This document shows, piece after piece, positions 20,842 to 31,028 of a DNA stretch of 64,000 bases. The position numbers and the translations under genes are program-made. The notes under the pieces are model-generated. The model ran no database searches and had not been told where the DNA came from. It saw only the letters and a program-made list of their open reading frames with translations. Positions within the stretch are counted from its first letter, which is position 1. The number at the start of each line of letters is the position of its first letter. This DNA comes from a bacterium. GTDB taxonomy: Bacteria; UBA8248. The DNA lies in assembly GCA_965261085.1 (NCBI GenBank), contig OZ253442.1:3616001-3680000 (forward strand), given 5' to 3'.

Positions 20842-22363
20842 GGGGTTGTTGAATAACCCGGTTTCGGGAGCGGGCGGTATGGAGGGTCACGCGGCGGCGG
20901 ACAGGAAGCCCGCGCAGCTTGCGAGGCCGCGATGGACGCACAGAGGCTCTTCCCGGGCCGACCAGGCCCTCCAGAGGGCGAATAACCTTGCAGCAAGTGC
21001 GGCGGAGAGCCGCTTGAGGTTGATCGCCGCCGCCGTCAGGTAGGACTGTATCTTCATGTTCTCAAGACCGCGCCGCACCGCGCGCGCAAGCCCGTGCCAG
21101 GTCTTCGCCTCGCCGTGGTAGCCCTCCGAGCGCCACATATGACGCCGGTACATCCGCCGCTCCTCCTCCCTCCATCGCGCATGGCGCCGGCGCGCGCGCA
21201 ACAGCGCCGGATACGCATGCGGAACCAACACCACCTTGCTCGACCACGCCTTCGGCAGGCAATCCTCGCGAAGCGCGCAGCCCGCGCAATCACGGGTCTT
21301 CGAACGATAATAACGCCCCCCCTTTGCGGGCCGACGGGGGCTCAGTATCTTGCCGCGCGGACACTTCACGATGTCGTGCCGCGCGTCGTAGCGGAACAGG
21401 CGCAACGGAACACGGCTCTGCGAGGGTTCCCTCTTCGCCGGAATGAGCGCGGCCACACCCCGGCGCTCCAGGGCCGCGTAGACCTTCGAGTAGGCGTAGC
21501 CAGAGTCCGCCGTCACCATCGCGGGCGCGCGCCCCGATACCTCGCATACCGCTTCCACCTGCGATTCGAGCACCTCACGCTCGTTCACCGTACCCTCCGT
21601 CACCGATACGTCGAGCACCACCCCGCGCGTGTCGTCCACCACAGCGTGCTGCTTGTAGCTCGGCTCGAATCCCCCGCCCGTTCTCGCCAGCCGCGCGTCC
21701 GGGTCCGTCCGGCTCACCTTCCCGGAACCCCCGCCACGGCGGCCTCCTCCACCCTTCTTCCCGGCCTCCTCCTCGACGGGGTTCTCCGCTATCACCTCGT
21801 CCACGTGACGCTCCACCAGACTCTCCCAACTCACGTCCGCGCGGATCAATGAGGCGTCCACGTGCACGACTTCGGCCTTGGCCACCTTCGCATCCAGGCA
21901 CGCACGGACCGTGCGGCGGAATATCTCCCGGAACCGGGCCTCCCCCCAGCGCTGCCGTATCCGCGTCAGGCTCGAATGATCCGGCAGCCGATCCTCCAGC
22001 CCGTAACCGATGAACCACCGGATCGCGATGTTCACCTGCGCCTCGCGCATCAACCGACGGTCGTGCACGAACCCCAGCAGAAGGCCCGCCAACATCAACC
22101 GAACCGCCACTTCGGGGTCGATCCCAGGACGGCCGTTGTCCGCGCAATAACAATCCGCCACTTCCTCGCGCAGCCAACTCAGGTCCAGAACGCGGTTCAC
22201 GCGGGCCAATATGTGATCCTCGGGAATCAACCTCTCCAGCGAACCGGTGATGAACAAATCCATCTGGGCGCGGTTCTTGCGTCCCAACATCGCGGATATT
22301 CCCTTCTCGGGCGCGTAATATCCATACATCCAAGCATAGAGTCAGGGGTTTTTCAACAACCCC
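20842..22363 (-). mobile_element. IS1182-family insertion sequence, second copy, 1522 bp, TSD TTCTC
   Basis: Same TIRs and identical translated ORFs as 7675-9196; TTCTC at 20837-20841 and 22364-22368. Confidence 0.92.
20887..22329 (-). CDS. IS1182-family transposase
   Basis: Protein identical to that of 7709-9151. Confidence 0.92.
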   Translation of the reverse strand: MYGYYAPEKGISAMLGRKNRAQMDLFITGSLERLIPEDHILARVNRVLDLSWLREEVADCYCADNGRPGIDPEVAVRLMLAGLLLGFVHDRRLMREAQVNIAIRWFIGYGLEDRLPDHSSLTRIRQRWGEARFREIFRRTVRACLDAKVAKAEVVHVDASLIRADVSWESLVERHVDEVIAENPVEEEAGKKGGGGRRGGGSGKVSRTDPDARLARTGGGFEPSYKQHAVVDDTRGVVLDVSVTEGTVNEREVLESQVEAVCEVSGRAPAMVTADSGYAYSKVYAALERRGVAALIPAKREPSQSRVPLRLFRYDARHDIVKCPRGKILSPRRPAKGGRYYRSKTRDCAGCALREDCLPKAWSSKVVLVPHAYPALLRARRRHARWREEERRMYRRHMWRSEGYHGEAKTWHGLARAVRRGLENMKIQSYLTAAAINLKRLSAALAARLFALWRAWSAREEPLCVHRGLASCAGFLSAAA

Positions 22364-22433
22364 TTCTCGGTCGCGATTGACCCCCACCGGCGCGGCTGCG
22401 GACTCCGTCCTTGACTTGCCGACTCCCCCTCAA

Positions 22434-22626
22434 GGGGTTGTTGAAAAAGCCCCCCTGACAAGGGGGGTTGGGGGGTTCATGGCAAGGAAGGATGGGGGGG
22501 GAGTCGGAGGGAATAGTACTTTACCCGTCCCGCTCGCCCTCCCTCGGCTGGAAACCAACCCCCCTGGCCCCCCTTGTCAGGGGGGGTAAAGGCCATGCGC
22601 CCGACGAGGGGTTTTTCAACAACCCC
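22434..22626. mobile_element. 193-bp MITE with IS1182-type TIRs, TSD CTCAA
   Basis: GGGGTTGTTGAAAAAGCCCC...GGGGTTTTTCAACAACCCC; CTCAA at 22429-22433 and 22627-22631. Confidence 0.85.
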
Positions 22627-22820
22627 CTCAAAGGGGGGAGTGGTTTGGAATTCTCCCCTGTGGAGGATGCTCGACCTTCTAAGGGGGGAGTCATTCCGTA
22701 AGCGTATATCGATTGGGAAATCCATCCCCTGTTTTTGGGGGACTTTTCCAACAACCACAAATTAGAGAGAATTGCCTTGTTTTTGTCACTCCAACCCATT
22801 GACACAGAGGAACGAGACTC

Positions 22821-23420
22821 ATGAACCGATTTGCGAAGCATGCAGCGGCGCTCATCGCGGCGGCATGGCTGACGACTCCTGCCCTCTCGAACGCCGCCGA
22901 GTGGAGAATCGACCCCGCCCACACGACGGTTACCTTCAAGGTGCGTCACCTGGGAGTCACCTGGGTGCGGGGGGAATTCCAAAAAGTATCGGGCAAGGTC
23001 CGCTTCGACCGGAAGAACCCCGGAGCCACGAAGGCGGATATCGTCATCGACGCCGCCTCGATCAATACACGGAACGCGCGGCGCGATAACCATCTCCGGA
23101 CCGACGATTTCCTGCTCGTCGAGAAACACCCCTACCTGACGTTCAAGTCCAAATCCGTGAAAAATGCGGGATCGGACACCCTCGACCTGATCGGAAACCT
23201 GACCATCCGCGGCGTCACGAAAGAAGTGGTCCTGAAGATGGTCGATATCAGCGGGGAGGTCAATATGCCGGGCGGGACCGTCAAGATGGGCGCGAGCGCC
23301 ACCACCCGGATCAACCGTAAGGATTTCGGGGTGAAGTACAACCGCCTGATCGAAGCGGGCGGGCTCGTCGTGGGAAACGAGGTGCATATCACCATCGACG
23401 TGGAGTTGAACAAGGTATAG
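22821..23420 (+). CDS. YceI-family lipid/polyisoprenoid-binding protein
   Basis: Signal peptide; IDPAHT, RDNHLR, GNLTIRGVTK and INRKDFG motifs. Confidence 0.93.
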   Translation: MNRFAKHAAALIAAAWLTTPALSNAAEWRIDPAHTTVTFKVRHLGVTWVRGEFQKVSGKVRFDRKNPGATKADIVIDAASINTRNARRDNHLRTDDFLLVEKHPYLTFKSKSVKNAGSDTLDLIGNLTIRGVTKEVVLKMVDISGEVNMPGGTVKMGASATTRINRKDFGVKYNRLIEAGGLVVGNEVHITIDVELNKV

Positions 23421-23519
23421 CGCGACTACGGTCCGCCCGGAAAACCTCGAAGCGAGGGCCGCGGGTGACCGCGCCGGCTTGTCATTCCCGCACCACCTGC
23501 GGCATACATTGCGCTACTG

Positions 23520-23585
23520 TTGAGATGTTTTTGTGATATAATCATGCAACCTGAGATAAACCTCATTCATTGAGAATCATTGACG
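23520..23585 (+). promoter_or_regulatory. Putative promoter (TATAAT) with a Fur-box-like AT-rich sequence
   Basis: TATAAT at about 23537 and TTGAGAATCATT upstream of the ABC operon. Confidence 0.3.
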
Positions 23586-23631
23586 CTACATGACATGAGT
23601 CCCCTTTAGAGAAAACAAGGAGGATAAACCA

Positions 23632-24981
23632 ATGGCTATCCAGAGAAAGACTCTCGTCGCTATCGCCTTCGGCCTTGCTCTGGCCGTCCTGGCAGCGCCT
23701 TTCGGTGCGGTCGCGCTCGAGAAGAAACTCGTCATCGTCACTTCCTACCCACCGGATACGACGACCACGGTAAAGAAGGCTTTCGAGAAGAAACACCCCG
23801 GCGTCAAGGTCGAGATGCTCAAGAAAAAGACGACGGCCGGCATCAAGTATTTACAGGAGACCGCCTCCAACAACAGGTCAGACATGTTCTGGGCCTCAGC
23901 ACCCGATGCCTTCGAAGTACTCAAGGGCGACAACCTTCTGCAAAAGTACAAGGTCAAGATGAAGGGCATTCCCAAGAAGGTGGGCGCCTTTCCGATCAAC
24001 GACCCTGAGGGTTACTACAAGGGGTTCGCGGCGTCCGGCTACGGCATCATGTGGAACACCCGCTACCTCAAGGCCAAGAAACTGCCCGCGCCCAAGACCT
24101 GGGCCGACTTGGCCATGCCCGTCTACCATGGCCACGTCGGCATGAGCGCGCCGTCTCGTTCCGGCACCACCCACCTGACGGTGGAGACTCTCTTGCAGGG
24201 CAAGGGCTGGGAGAAAGGCTGGGCCGGGTTGAAGGCCATCGCCGGCAACTTCAAGACCGTCACCGAGCGCAGCTTCGGCGTGCCCGACGGCGTCAACTCG
24301 GGTCAGTTCGGCCTCGGCATCGTGATCGACTTCTTCGGCTTATCGTCCGAGGCTTCGGGCTTCCCGGTCAAGTTCATCTACCCGCCGGTGACGACCCTGG
24401 TGCCCGCGAACATCGCCATCGTCAAGAACGCGCCGCATCCCAAGGCCGCAGCGGCGTTCATCGAATTCCTGCTCTCGCCCACCGGCCAAGAAGTCCTTCT
24501 CGACCCGAAAATCAGGCGACTGCCCGTGAACCCGGCTACTTACGCCAAAGCGCCCGCCGGCTTTCCCAACCCGTTCAAGGACAAGTCCATCGGCGCTGCG
24601 GTCAAGTTCGACCTGCAAATCTCCAAAAACCGCTACAACGTGATCAACTCCCTGTTCGACGTGATGGTCACCTACCGCCTCAAGGATCTGCGCGCGGCGA
24701 CCAGGGCGATTCAGATAGCCGAGGCGCAAATGGGCGGCAAGTCCAACATGGCGGCCAAGAAACTGATCGACCAGGCCAAGGCGCTGGTGGCCAAGGTGCC
24801 CATCACCGCCGCCCAGGCGAGCAAAAAGGACTTCAACCGGATATTCAAGAAGAAGCGCAAGAAGGCGACCACCAAGGTGACGGGCCGTCAGGCCGAGATC
24901 GAACAAGCCTGGGATACCGAGGTCAAGGCCAACTACTCCAGCGCCAAGGCGCTGGCCGAGAAGGCGGCGTCCATGCTGTAG
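23632..24981 (+). CDS. ABC transporter substrate-binding protein (Fe(III)/PgtC-like cluster)
   Basis: Signal peptide; SAPSRSGTTH and AFIEFLLS motifs. Confidence 0.85.
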   Translation: MAIQRKTLVAIAFGLALAVLAAPFGAVALEKKLVIVTSYPPDTTTTVKKAFEKKHPGVKVEMLKKKTTAGIKYLQETASNNRSDMFWASAPDAFEVLKGDNLLQKYKVKMKGIPKKVGAFPINDPEGYYKGFAASGYGIMWNTRYLKAKKLPAPKTWADLAMPVYHGHVGMSAPSRSGTTHLTVETLLQGKGWEKGWAGLKAIAGNFKTVTERSFGVPDGVNSGQFGLGIVIDFFGLSSEASGFPVKFIYPPVTTLVPANIAIVKNAPHPKAAAAFIEFLLSPTGQEVLLDPKIRRLPVNPATYAKAPAGFPNPFKDKSIGAAVKFDLQISKNRYNVINSLFDVMVTYRLKDLRAATRAIQIAEAQMGGKSNMAAKKLIDQAKALVAKVPITAAQASKKDFNRIFKKKRKKATTKVTGRQAEIEQAWDTEVKANYSSAKALAEKAASML

Positions 24982-25011
24982 CCCTCGCGCTGGTGCGGAG
25001 AAGGGGGAAGA

Positions 25012-26727
25012 ATGTCTCTGGAAGCGATGGCGCGCGGCCAGTGGGGGCCGGCGGTGGTGGGCCTCATCATCGGCCTGTTTCTGCTCGTCTTCCTGGTCGC
25101 GCCGGTCCTCAACGTGATCTACGTCGCCTTCCAGGACCCCAACACGGGCGCGTTGACGCTCATCAATTTCGTCGACTTCTTCCGCACCAGCCTGTTTCAG
25201 GAATCCTCCATCAATTCGATCTACGTCGCCGGGATGTCGGTGGTGCTGGCGTCGTGCTTTGCGCTTCCGCTCGCCTATTTCACGACCCGTTTCCATTTCG
25301 GCGGCGCCACCCTCATCCAGACCTTAGGCGTGCTCCCGCTGATTATGCCGCCCTTCGTCGGCGCCGTGGCGATGCTGCTGCTGCTAGGCGAGAACGGATC
25401 GGTCAACCTGCTCCTGGATGAGTGGTTCGGCTTCACCATCCCCTTCATGGAAGGGCTCAATGGCGTCATCCTGGTCGAGAGCATTCACTATTTTCCGTTC
25501 ATCCTCCTCAATCTCTCGGCCTCGCTCAACAACATCGACCGCGCAATGGAGGAATCGGCCCAGAACCTGGGAGCCAGCGGCATGCGCCTGTTTCGCCGCA
25601 TCGTGTTTCCGCTGGCCATGCCCGGCTACGTCGCAGGCGCATCCTTGGTATTCCTCAAAGTGTTCGACGACATCGGCACGCCGCTTTTGCTCAACGTGAA
25701 CAACATGCTGGCGCCGCAGGCCTATCTTCGCATCTCCTCCATCGGCATCTCGGACCCCATGGGTTACGTGATCTCGGTCATCCTGGTCATATTCTCCCTG
25801 CTGGCGCTTTGGACCTCGTTTCTGGCGCTGCGGGACAAGGATTACGCCACCGTACAGAAGGGCGGGGGCGGGTTGATGAAGCGAGACCTGAGGCCCTGGG
25901 AGAAAGCCGCCTGCTACGGCGTCGTCGTCTTCATCCTGCTGCTGGTGCTCTCGCCGCACTTCGGCCTCGCCATCTTGTCCCTCGGCACGGTATGGTCGTA
26001 CAGTGTGCTGCCCGACGCCTACACCTTCGCTCACTATCTGCGCGTGATTTCGACTTCGTCTGAATTCATCACCAACACGCTGCTCTACGCCGGACTCGCC
26101 GCGGGCATCGACGTCGTATTCGGCACGGCCATCGCCTACATCGTCCTGCGCACCGGGCTGGCCGGCCGGAAATGGCTCGATTACGCCGCGATGGGAGCGG
26201 TGGCGATTCCCGGCGTGGTGCTCGGCATCGGCTACCTGCGCACCTTCTATCAGTTTAACGTGCCGATCATCGACAAGCCCCTGGCCTCGTGGTGGGTCAT
26301 CATAGTCATCGCTCTCGCCATCCGGCGGCTGCCCTACGCGCTGCGCGCCTGCATGGCGGCCTTACAACAGCTCAGCGTCATGCTCGAAGAGGCGGCCGAG
26401 AACTTGGGGGCGACAAAGGGCCGCACCATCTACCGGATCGTCGTGCCGCTGATGTCCGGCGGCATCGTCGCCGGCTTCGTCACCAGCTTCGCCACAGCGT
26501 CGGTCGAGCTCTCGACGACCATCATGCTGGTGTCGCAGGAATCAGACGCTCCGCTCGCCTTCGGCATCTACGAGTTCATGCAGTCGGCGGCGGGCCGCGG
26601 GCCCGGTGCGGCTCTCGGCATCATCGCCGTGGTCATCGTCGGAATCGCCACCTACGTCTCGCACCGCATCATCCAGCGCAAGGATATCCAGCGAACGCCC
26701 GATATGGCCGTCGTCGCGGGAGTCTGA
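25012..26727 (+). CDS. ABC transporter permease (FbpB-like, duplicated TM domain)
   Basis: Two EAA-type loops (EESAQNLGA, EEAAENLGA). Confidence 0.92.
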   Translation: MSLEAMARGQWGPAVVGLIIGLFLLVFLVAPVLNVIYVAFQDPNTGALTLINFVDFFRTSLFQESSINSIYVAGMSVVLASCFALPLAYFTTRFHFGGATLIQTLGVLPLIMPPFVGAVAMLLLLGENGSVNLLLDEWFGFTIPFMEGLNGVILVESIHYFPFILLNLSASLNNIDRAMEESAQNLGASGMRLFRRIVFPLAMPGYVAGASLVFLKVFDDIGTPLLLNVNNMLAPQAYLRISSIGISDPMGYVISVILVIFSLLALWTSFLALRDKDYATVQKGGGGLMKRDLRPWEKAACYGVVVFILLLVLSPHFGLAILSLGTVWSYSVLPDAYTFAHYLRVISTSSEFITNTLLYAGLAAGIDVVFGTAIAYIVLRTGLAGRKWLDYAAMGAVAIPGVVLGIGYLRTFYQFNVPIIDKPLASWWVIIVIALAIRRLPYALRACMAALQQLSVMLEEAAENLGATKGRTIYRIVVPLMSGGIVAGFVTSFATASVELSTTIMLVSQESDAPLAFGIYEFMQSAAGRGPGAALGIIAVVIVGIATYVSHRIIQRKDIQRTPDMAVVAGV

Positions 26728-26729
26728 GC

Positions 26730-27812
26730 ATGACATCTGAAAACGCCGCAGGCGTCGTCATCGAGCAACTGAGCCTCGCCTACGATACGACCGACGTGCT
26801 CAAGGACGTCGACCTGCGCATCGAACCGGGCGAGTTGTTCACCTTCCTCGGCCCCTCGGGGTCGGGCAAATCGACCCTGCTGCGCGCCGTCGCCGGCTTC
26901 GGTCCCACGCCTCGCGGGCGCATCCTCGTTGGCGAGGACGACGTGACAAGGCTGCCTCCCTGGCGGCGCAACGTCGGCATGGTGTTTCAGTCATACGCGC
27001 TGTGGCCGCACATGAGTGTGCGCAGAAACGTCGCCTTCGGCCTCGAAGAGCGCAGGACGCCCGCCGCCGAGATTCCCAAGCGCGTCGACGCCGCGCTGGA
27101 TATGGTCGGCCTTCTGGAACTGGGGGAGCGGCGTCCCTCGCAGCTATCCGGCGGGCAGCAGCAACGAGTCGCGCTGGCGCGCACCATCGTCGTCGAGCCC
27201 CGTGTGCTCTTGCTCGACGAGCCGCTCTCGAACCTCGACGCCAACCTGCGCGTACAGATGCGCCGCGAGATTCTGGACTTACAACGGGCGCTGAAGCTGA
27301 CCACCATCTTCGTTACCCACGACCAGGAAGAGGCCAACACCATCTCGGACCGGATCGCCGTGCTCGACGACGGGGTTCTCCAACAGGTGGGAGTGCCCAT
27401 GGAACTCTACGACCAGCCGGTGAACCGCTTCGTCGCCCACTTCCTGGGCACGGCGAATCTCATGGACGGGCGTATCGAGGCGGCGGCCGAGGGGGCGCGC
27501 TTCGTGGCGGCCGGCGGCATCGCCTTGCCGCTGTCGGGCGAGGCCCATGCGGCGAGCGAGAATCGAACCGCCATGTTCCGGCCCCAGGACGTGGCCATCG
27601 CAGCACCGGGCGAGACGCTTCCCGGAATCATCCTCACCGGACGGGTGCAGCACCGTGAGTTCCTCGGCAACCTGCTGCGCTACAGCGTCGCTATCGGGGA
27701 GGACACGCTGTTGGTCGACGACACCCATCACCCGGGCCGCCGCGCTTTCGCTGTCGGCGATGATGTCGTTGTCGGCCTCGGCGCTGAACAGGTCCGCATC
27801 CTGGAGCGTTGA
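26730..27812 (+). CDS. ABC transporter ATP-binding protein (FbpC/PotA-like)
   Basis: GPSGSGKS, LSGGQQQR, LLDEP and VTHDQEEA motifs. Confidence 0.95.
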   Translation: MTSENAAGVVIEQLSLAYDTTDVLKDVDLRIEPGELFTFLGPSGSGKSTLLRAVAGFGPTPRGRILVGEDDVTRLPPWRRNVGMVFQSYALWPHMSVRRNVAFGLEERRTPAAEIPKRVDAALDMVGLLELGERRPSQLSGGQQQRVALARTIVVEPRVLLLDEPLSNLDANLRVQMRREILDLQRALKLTTIFVTHDQEEANTISDRIAVLDDGVLQQVGVPMELYDQPVNRFVAHFLGTANLMDGRIEAAAEGARFVAAGGIALPLSGEAHAASENRTAMFRPQDVAIAAPGETLPGIILTGRVQHREFLGNLLRYSVAIGEDTLLVDDTHHPGRRAFAVGDDVVVGLGAEQVRILER

Positions 27813-27941
27813 GGCGGACGGGACTCCCCGCCATTCACGATACGTCCGAAAGTAAAGATCTGAAACTTGATATCGTCGCCGAATTGGGCTACATGATTTT
27901 CGGACGGCTCGGTGGAGATTCCACCCCCCAAATAAAATCCA

Positions 27942-28075
27942 AAATTCAAAACGACATCCTGGAGTTTGGAGTAAAGCGAACCCCTGAACCGAAAAGTATT
28001 TTCGTCGGAGAGGGGGCGTCCGCCTTCGGGACTACGAAGACAAGAAAGCGCATCAACCTGATGCTTTACGACGCG
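27942..28075 (+). pseudogene. Degenerate copy of the upstream region and 5' end of the alpha/beta hydrolase gene (29647-29790)
   Basis: AAATTCAAAACG...TGGAGT...CTGAACC..AAG..TTTTC alignment; EPKSIF versus EPKSVF. Confidence 0.6.
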
Positions 28076-28382
28076 GAGGAGGCTCCATGCGCCATATTCT
28101 CATCCTTTGCACGGGCAACTCGGCGCGCTCGTCGACTGGGGTCTGGCGCGTGCGGTATGGCCCGAGGGCAATGACGCCTAGGACGCATTTCGCCTCATCC
28201 AGGCATCCCTGTCGGCCTCGACCGCCTGGGAGATCAAGACTGTGACAATGAAAGCGCCACGCCATAGGATGGAGGCGTTTTTTGTTGACTCAATCGCATT
28301 GCTGACCTATCATTTTTTGGTGGCTGGGGGGGTTGGTTTTTATCTCTTGACTACATAAACAGGCCTCTTTCAGGATGCTGCA

Positions 28383-29561
28383 ATGGCAGGATTGTCAATA
28401 CCAACGGCCTATAGAGAAGGTTATGAAAGAGCCCGCGAGATAAACCCGGAACTCGCCGATAAGTATATCGAACAAACAACCATCGACGATCCGTTCGCCG
28501 ACGCCGTCATCGACACGCTCGCTGTGTACGGCCCGGAAGACGCCAACCGGTTCATCAAGGCCGGCATGCAGCAGGACGAGAAGGTTCTGGTGGATGCGCC
28601 GGAGGAGCTTCGCAACTTTTTCGATGATCTGGAAAAACAACCCGACTGGTTCGATCCCGAAGCGCTTTATCCGGGCTACCGCGCCTTCCACCAGCATTCG
28701 GACCTGTTCATCCCCGCGTTCTTCCTGGTCACGGTGCGGAATGCATCCACCTTGATCGCCAGGCCGCTCTACGCCAGTGGCCGGGTTCTGAGCGGTTTCG
28801 GCATGCGCCGGATACGGCAGAATACGAGGCATTTCATTGAAATCATGCTGCCCGACGCGCTCGAGCGTCAGGGAGACGGCTGGAAGCTCTCCGTCCGCAT
28901 CCGGCTGGTTCATGCGCAGCTCAGACGATTGATACGCGATGAGAGCGATTGGGACGAATCCGTATACGGAGCGCCGCTCAGTTCCGCGCACCTCGCCCTC
29001 GCCGCCGCCAACTTCTCCGCGACCTTGCTGTCGCATGCCGAGATTCTCGGAGCGAAACTCGATGACGCGACGCGCAACGGCTTCATGCAGGCATGGCGAT
29101 ACGCTTCGTGGCTCATCGGAACGCCCGAGCACCTTCAGTTCGAGGGTGATTATGAGAAAACCCTCGAATTCGCCCGGATCGCGACTTTGTGCGAGCCGCC
29201 GCCCAACGAAGAATCGGCCGCCATTGCAAACGCCCTGATCAACGCCTTGCCCCTCATCACCAGCAAAACAGACTTCGACAAGCAGGAAGCCATGGTGAAG
29301 CACGCATACAGGGTCTCCCGGGCGGTGCTGGGCGACGAACTCTCGAATCAACTCGAATTGCCCAAGATGCAGACCGCAGGGCTTCTGAAATGGATGAAAT
29401 GGTCGCGCCGGTTACAGGGAATGTCCCACAAAATCGCGCCTAACTTCGCTAAGAAGTGGCGGGCCAACTATTTCGTCTTCCTGCTCGAGGCTTCGATGCT
29501 CGAGGACCTCAGATACCGCTTGCCGGATCACCTCGACACGAAAAAAGCCGCCCCATGGTGA
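28383..29561 (+). CDS. MpaB/rubber-oxygenase (Lcp-like) family haem oxygenase
   Basis: VRIRLVHAQLRR, WDESVYGAPL and WRYASWLIG motifs. Confidence 0.85.
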   Translation: MAGLSIPTAYREGYERAREINPELADKYIEQTTIDDPFADAVIDTLAVYGPEDANRFIKAGMQQDEKVLVDAPEELRNFFDDLEKQPDWFDPEALYPGYRAFHQHSDLFIPAFFLVTVRNASTLIARPLYASGRVLSGFGMRRIRQNTRHFIEIMLPDALERQGDGWKLSVRIRLVHAQLRRLIRDESDWDESVYGAPLSSAHLALAAANFSATLLSHAEILGAKLDDATRNGFMQAWRYASWLIGTPEHLQFEGDYEKTLEFARIATLCEPPPNEESAAIANALINALPLITSKTDFDKQEAMVKHAYRVSRAVLGDELSNQLELPKMQTAGLLKWMKWSRRLQGMSHKIAPNFAKKWRANYFVFLLEASMLEDLRYRLPDHLDTKKAAPW

Positions 29562-29685
29562 AGCGCCCGTCCTTGACGTCATCCTGAAATCCCCGGCAAA
29601 ACCGATCGGGCTTGCCATTCGCGCGTCGATCATGGATTCTCCCCCGAAATTCAAAACGGCCCCACGAAATCTGGAGTGAACACGA

Positions 29686-30558
29686 ATGGCTGAACCAAAG
29701 AGCGTTTTCATCGAAAGAGACGGCGTGCGGCTGCACGGCCTGGACCACCGGAGCGAGGGGGAGGATAAACCCGTCATCCTGATGCTGCACGGTGCTGCGG
29801 CCCACGCGCGCTGGTGGGATCACATCGCCCCCCACTACAGGGATATGCTCCGGCCCGTGGCGACGGATCATCGCGGCCACGGGGATAGCGAATGGCTGAG
29901 CGAATACGTCTTCGAGGACTTGCTGCGCGACGTAGACGGCTGGGTGGAATGGGCGAAAGCGGAGAGCGGCAGAAAGCCCTGGCTGATGGCGCACTCGATG
30001 GGAGGCGTCATCGCGCTCAACCTCTTCGCTATTGAGCCTCCCGACGTCGAAGGCCTCATCATCGTGGACTCTCCGCTCAGGACCACGGATGCGATTCTCG
30101 CCGAGGTGCGCGCTTTCGGGAACCGGCCCGCCAGACCCTGGGCGTCGCAGGAACTTTTCATGGAGAAATTCAGGCTCCTGCCCACATCGGACAAGGTTAA
30201 CCCTAAGACCATCGCCCATATCGCGCGCCACACCGTGAAACCAAACGGCGACGGCGCGTGGACGGTGAAGGCGGACAGGCGCTTTCACGCCGCGCGCCCC
30301 GAGACGGATCAGCGCGCCGGCTGGCTGCGGGTCGAGACGCCCGCCCTGCTCGTGGCGGGAGAACTCTCGGATCGCCTGAAATCAGACTCTCTCGACTGGG
30401 TGCGAGAGAAAATACCCCACGTCGAGACCGCCGTCATTCCGGGCGCGCACCACCACGTCTTCATGGACGAACCAGAAGCGTTCATCCGCGTAACGCGCGA
30501 GTTTCTGGAAAGGAAGATTACCATTTCGTCTGAGCGGAGCGCATCCCAGACGGTCTGA
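29686..30558 (+). CDS. Alpha/beta-fold hydrolase
   Basis: LHG, DHRGHGDS, AHSMGG and GAHHH motifs. Confidence 0.92.
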   Translation: MAEPKSVFIERDGVRLHGLDHRSEGEDKPVILMLHGAAAHARWWDHIAPHYRDMLRPVATDHRGHGDSEWLSEYVFEDLLRDVDGWVEWAKAESGRKPWLMAHSMGGVIALNLFAIEPPDVEGLIIVDSPLRTTDAILAEVRAFGNRPARPWASQELFMEKFRLLPTSDKVNPKTIAHIARHTVKPNGDGAWTVKADRRFHAARPETDQRAGWLRVETPALLVAGELSDRLKSDSLDWVREKIPHVETAVIPGAHHHVFMDEPEAFIRVTREFLERKITISSERSASQTV

Positions 30559-30584
30559 AGACTCCCTGAAATCCCCCCCTTGAG

Positions 30585-30979
30585 GGGGCTGTTGAAAAAG
30601 TCCTGGTTTCGTGATTCGGCGTATGGAGCCGACCGGGGAGGGAGGAGTGTATGGTTGGCGTTCTGCAAGGGGGGGTCCGTAGCGGACAGGCCCCTGTGCC
30701 TGTCCGAGGTCGCGACCTGTGGGACAGCCCCGAGGAGGGGTAGTGGGACAACCCCGAGGAGGGGTTGTCACTACGAGGCGGTGCGGTTTTGTTCGTCATT
30801 CCGGCGCATGCCGGAATCCATGTGTTTTGCCTTTGTTTTTTATTTTCTGATTGGTTCCCGCCAATGACGGGGAGATGAAAAGCGGAGTATTGTCATTCCG
30901 CTTGGGGATGGATTCCGGCTTTCGCCGGAATGACGGCGGTGGTCAATTCCGAGCGAGGAGGGGGTTTTTCAACAACCCC
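30585..30979. mobile_element. MITE-like element with IS1182-type TIRs; about 250 bp shared with 56204-56467
   Basis: GGGGCTGTTGAAAAAGTCC...GGGGTTTTTCAACAACCCC; no matching TSD. Confidence 0.7.
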
Positions 30980-31028
30980 GTATGTGTGGCGGACATATAT
31001 GTCCGACCTACAAAACCGCCGCGCCTCC

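Larger units (their letters stand above)
20612..22758. mobile_element. Outer IS1182-type MITE (TSD AAATT) containing a nested IS and a nested MITE
   Basis: Imperfect 18-bp TIRs GGGACTGTTGAAAAAGTC / GACTTTTCCAACAACCAC; AAATT at 20607-20611 and 22759-22763. Confidence 0.7.
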
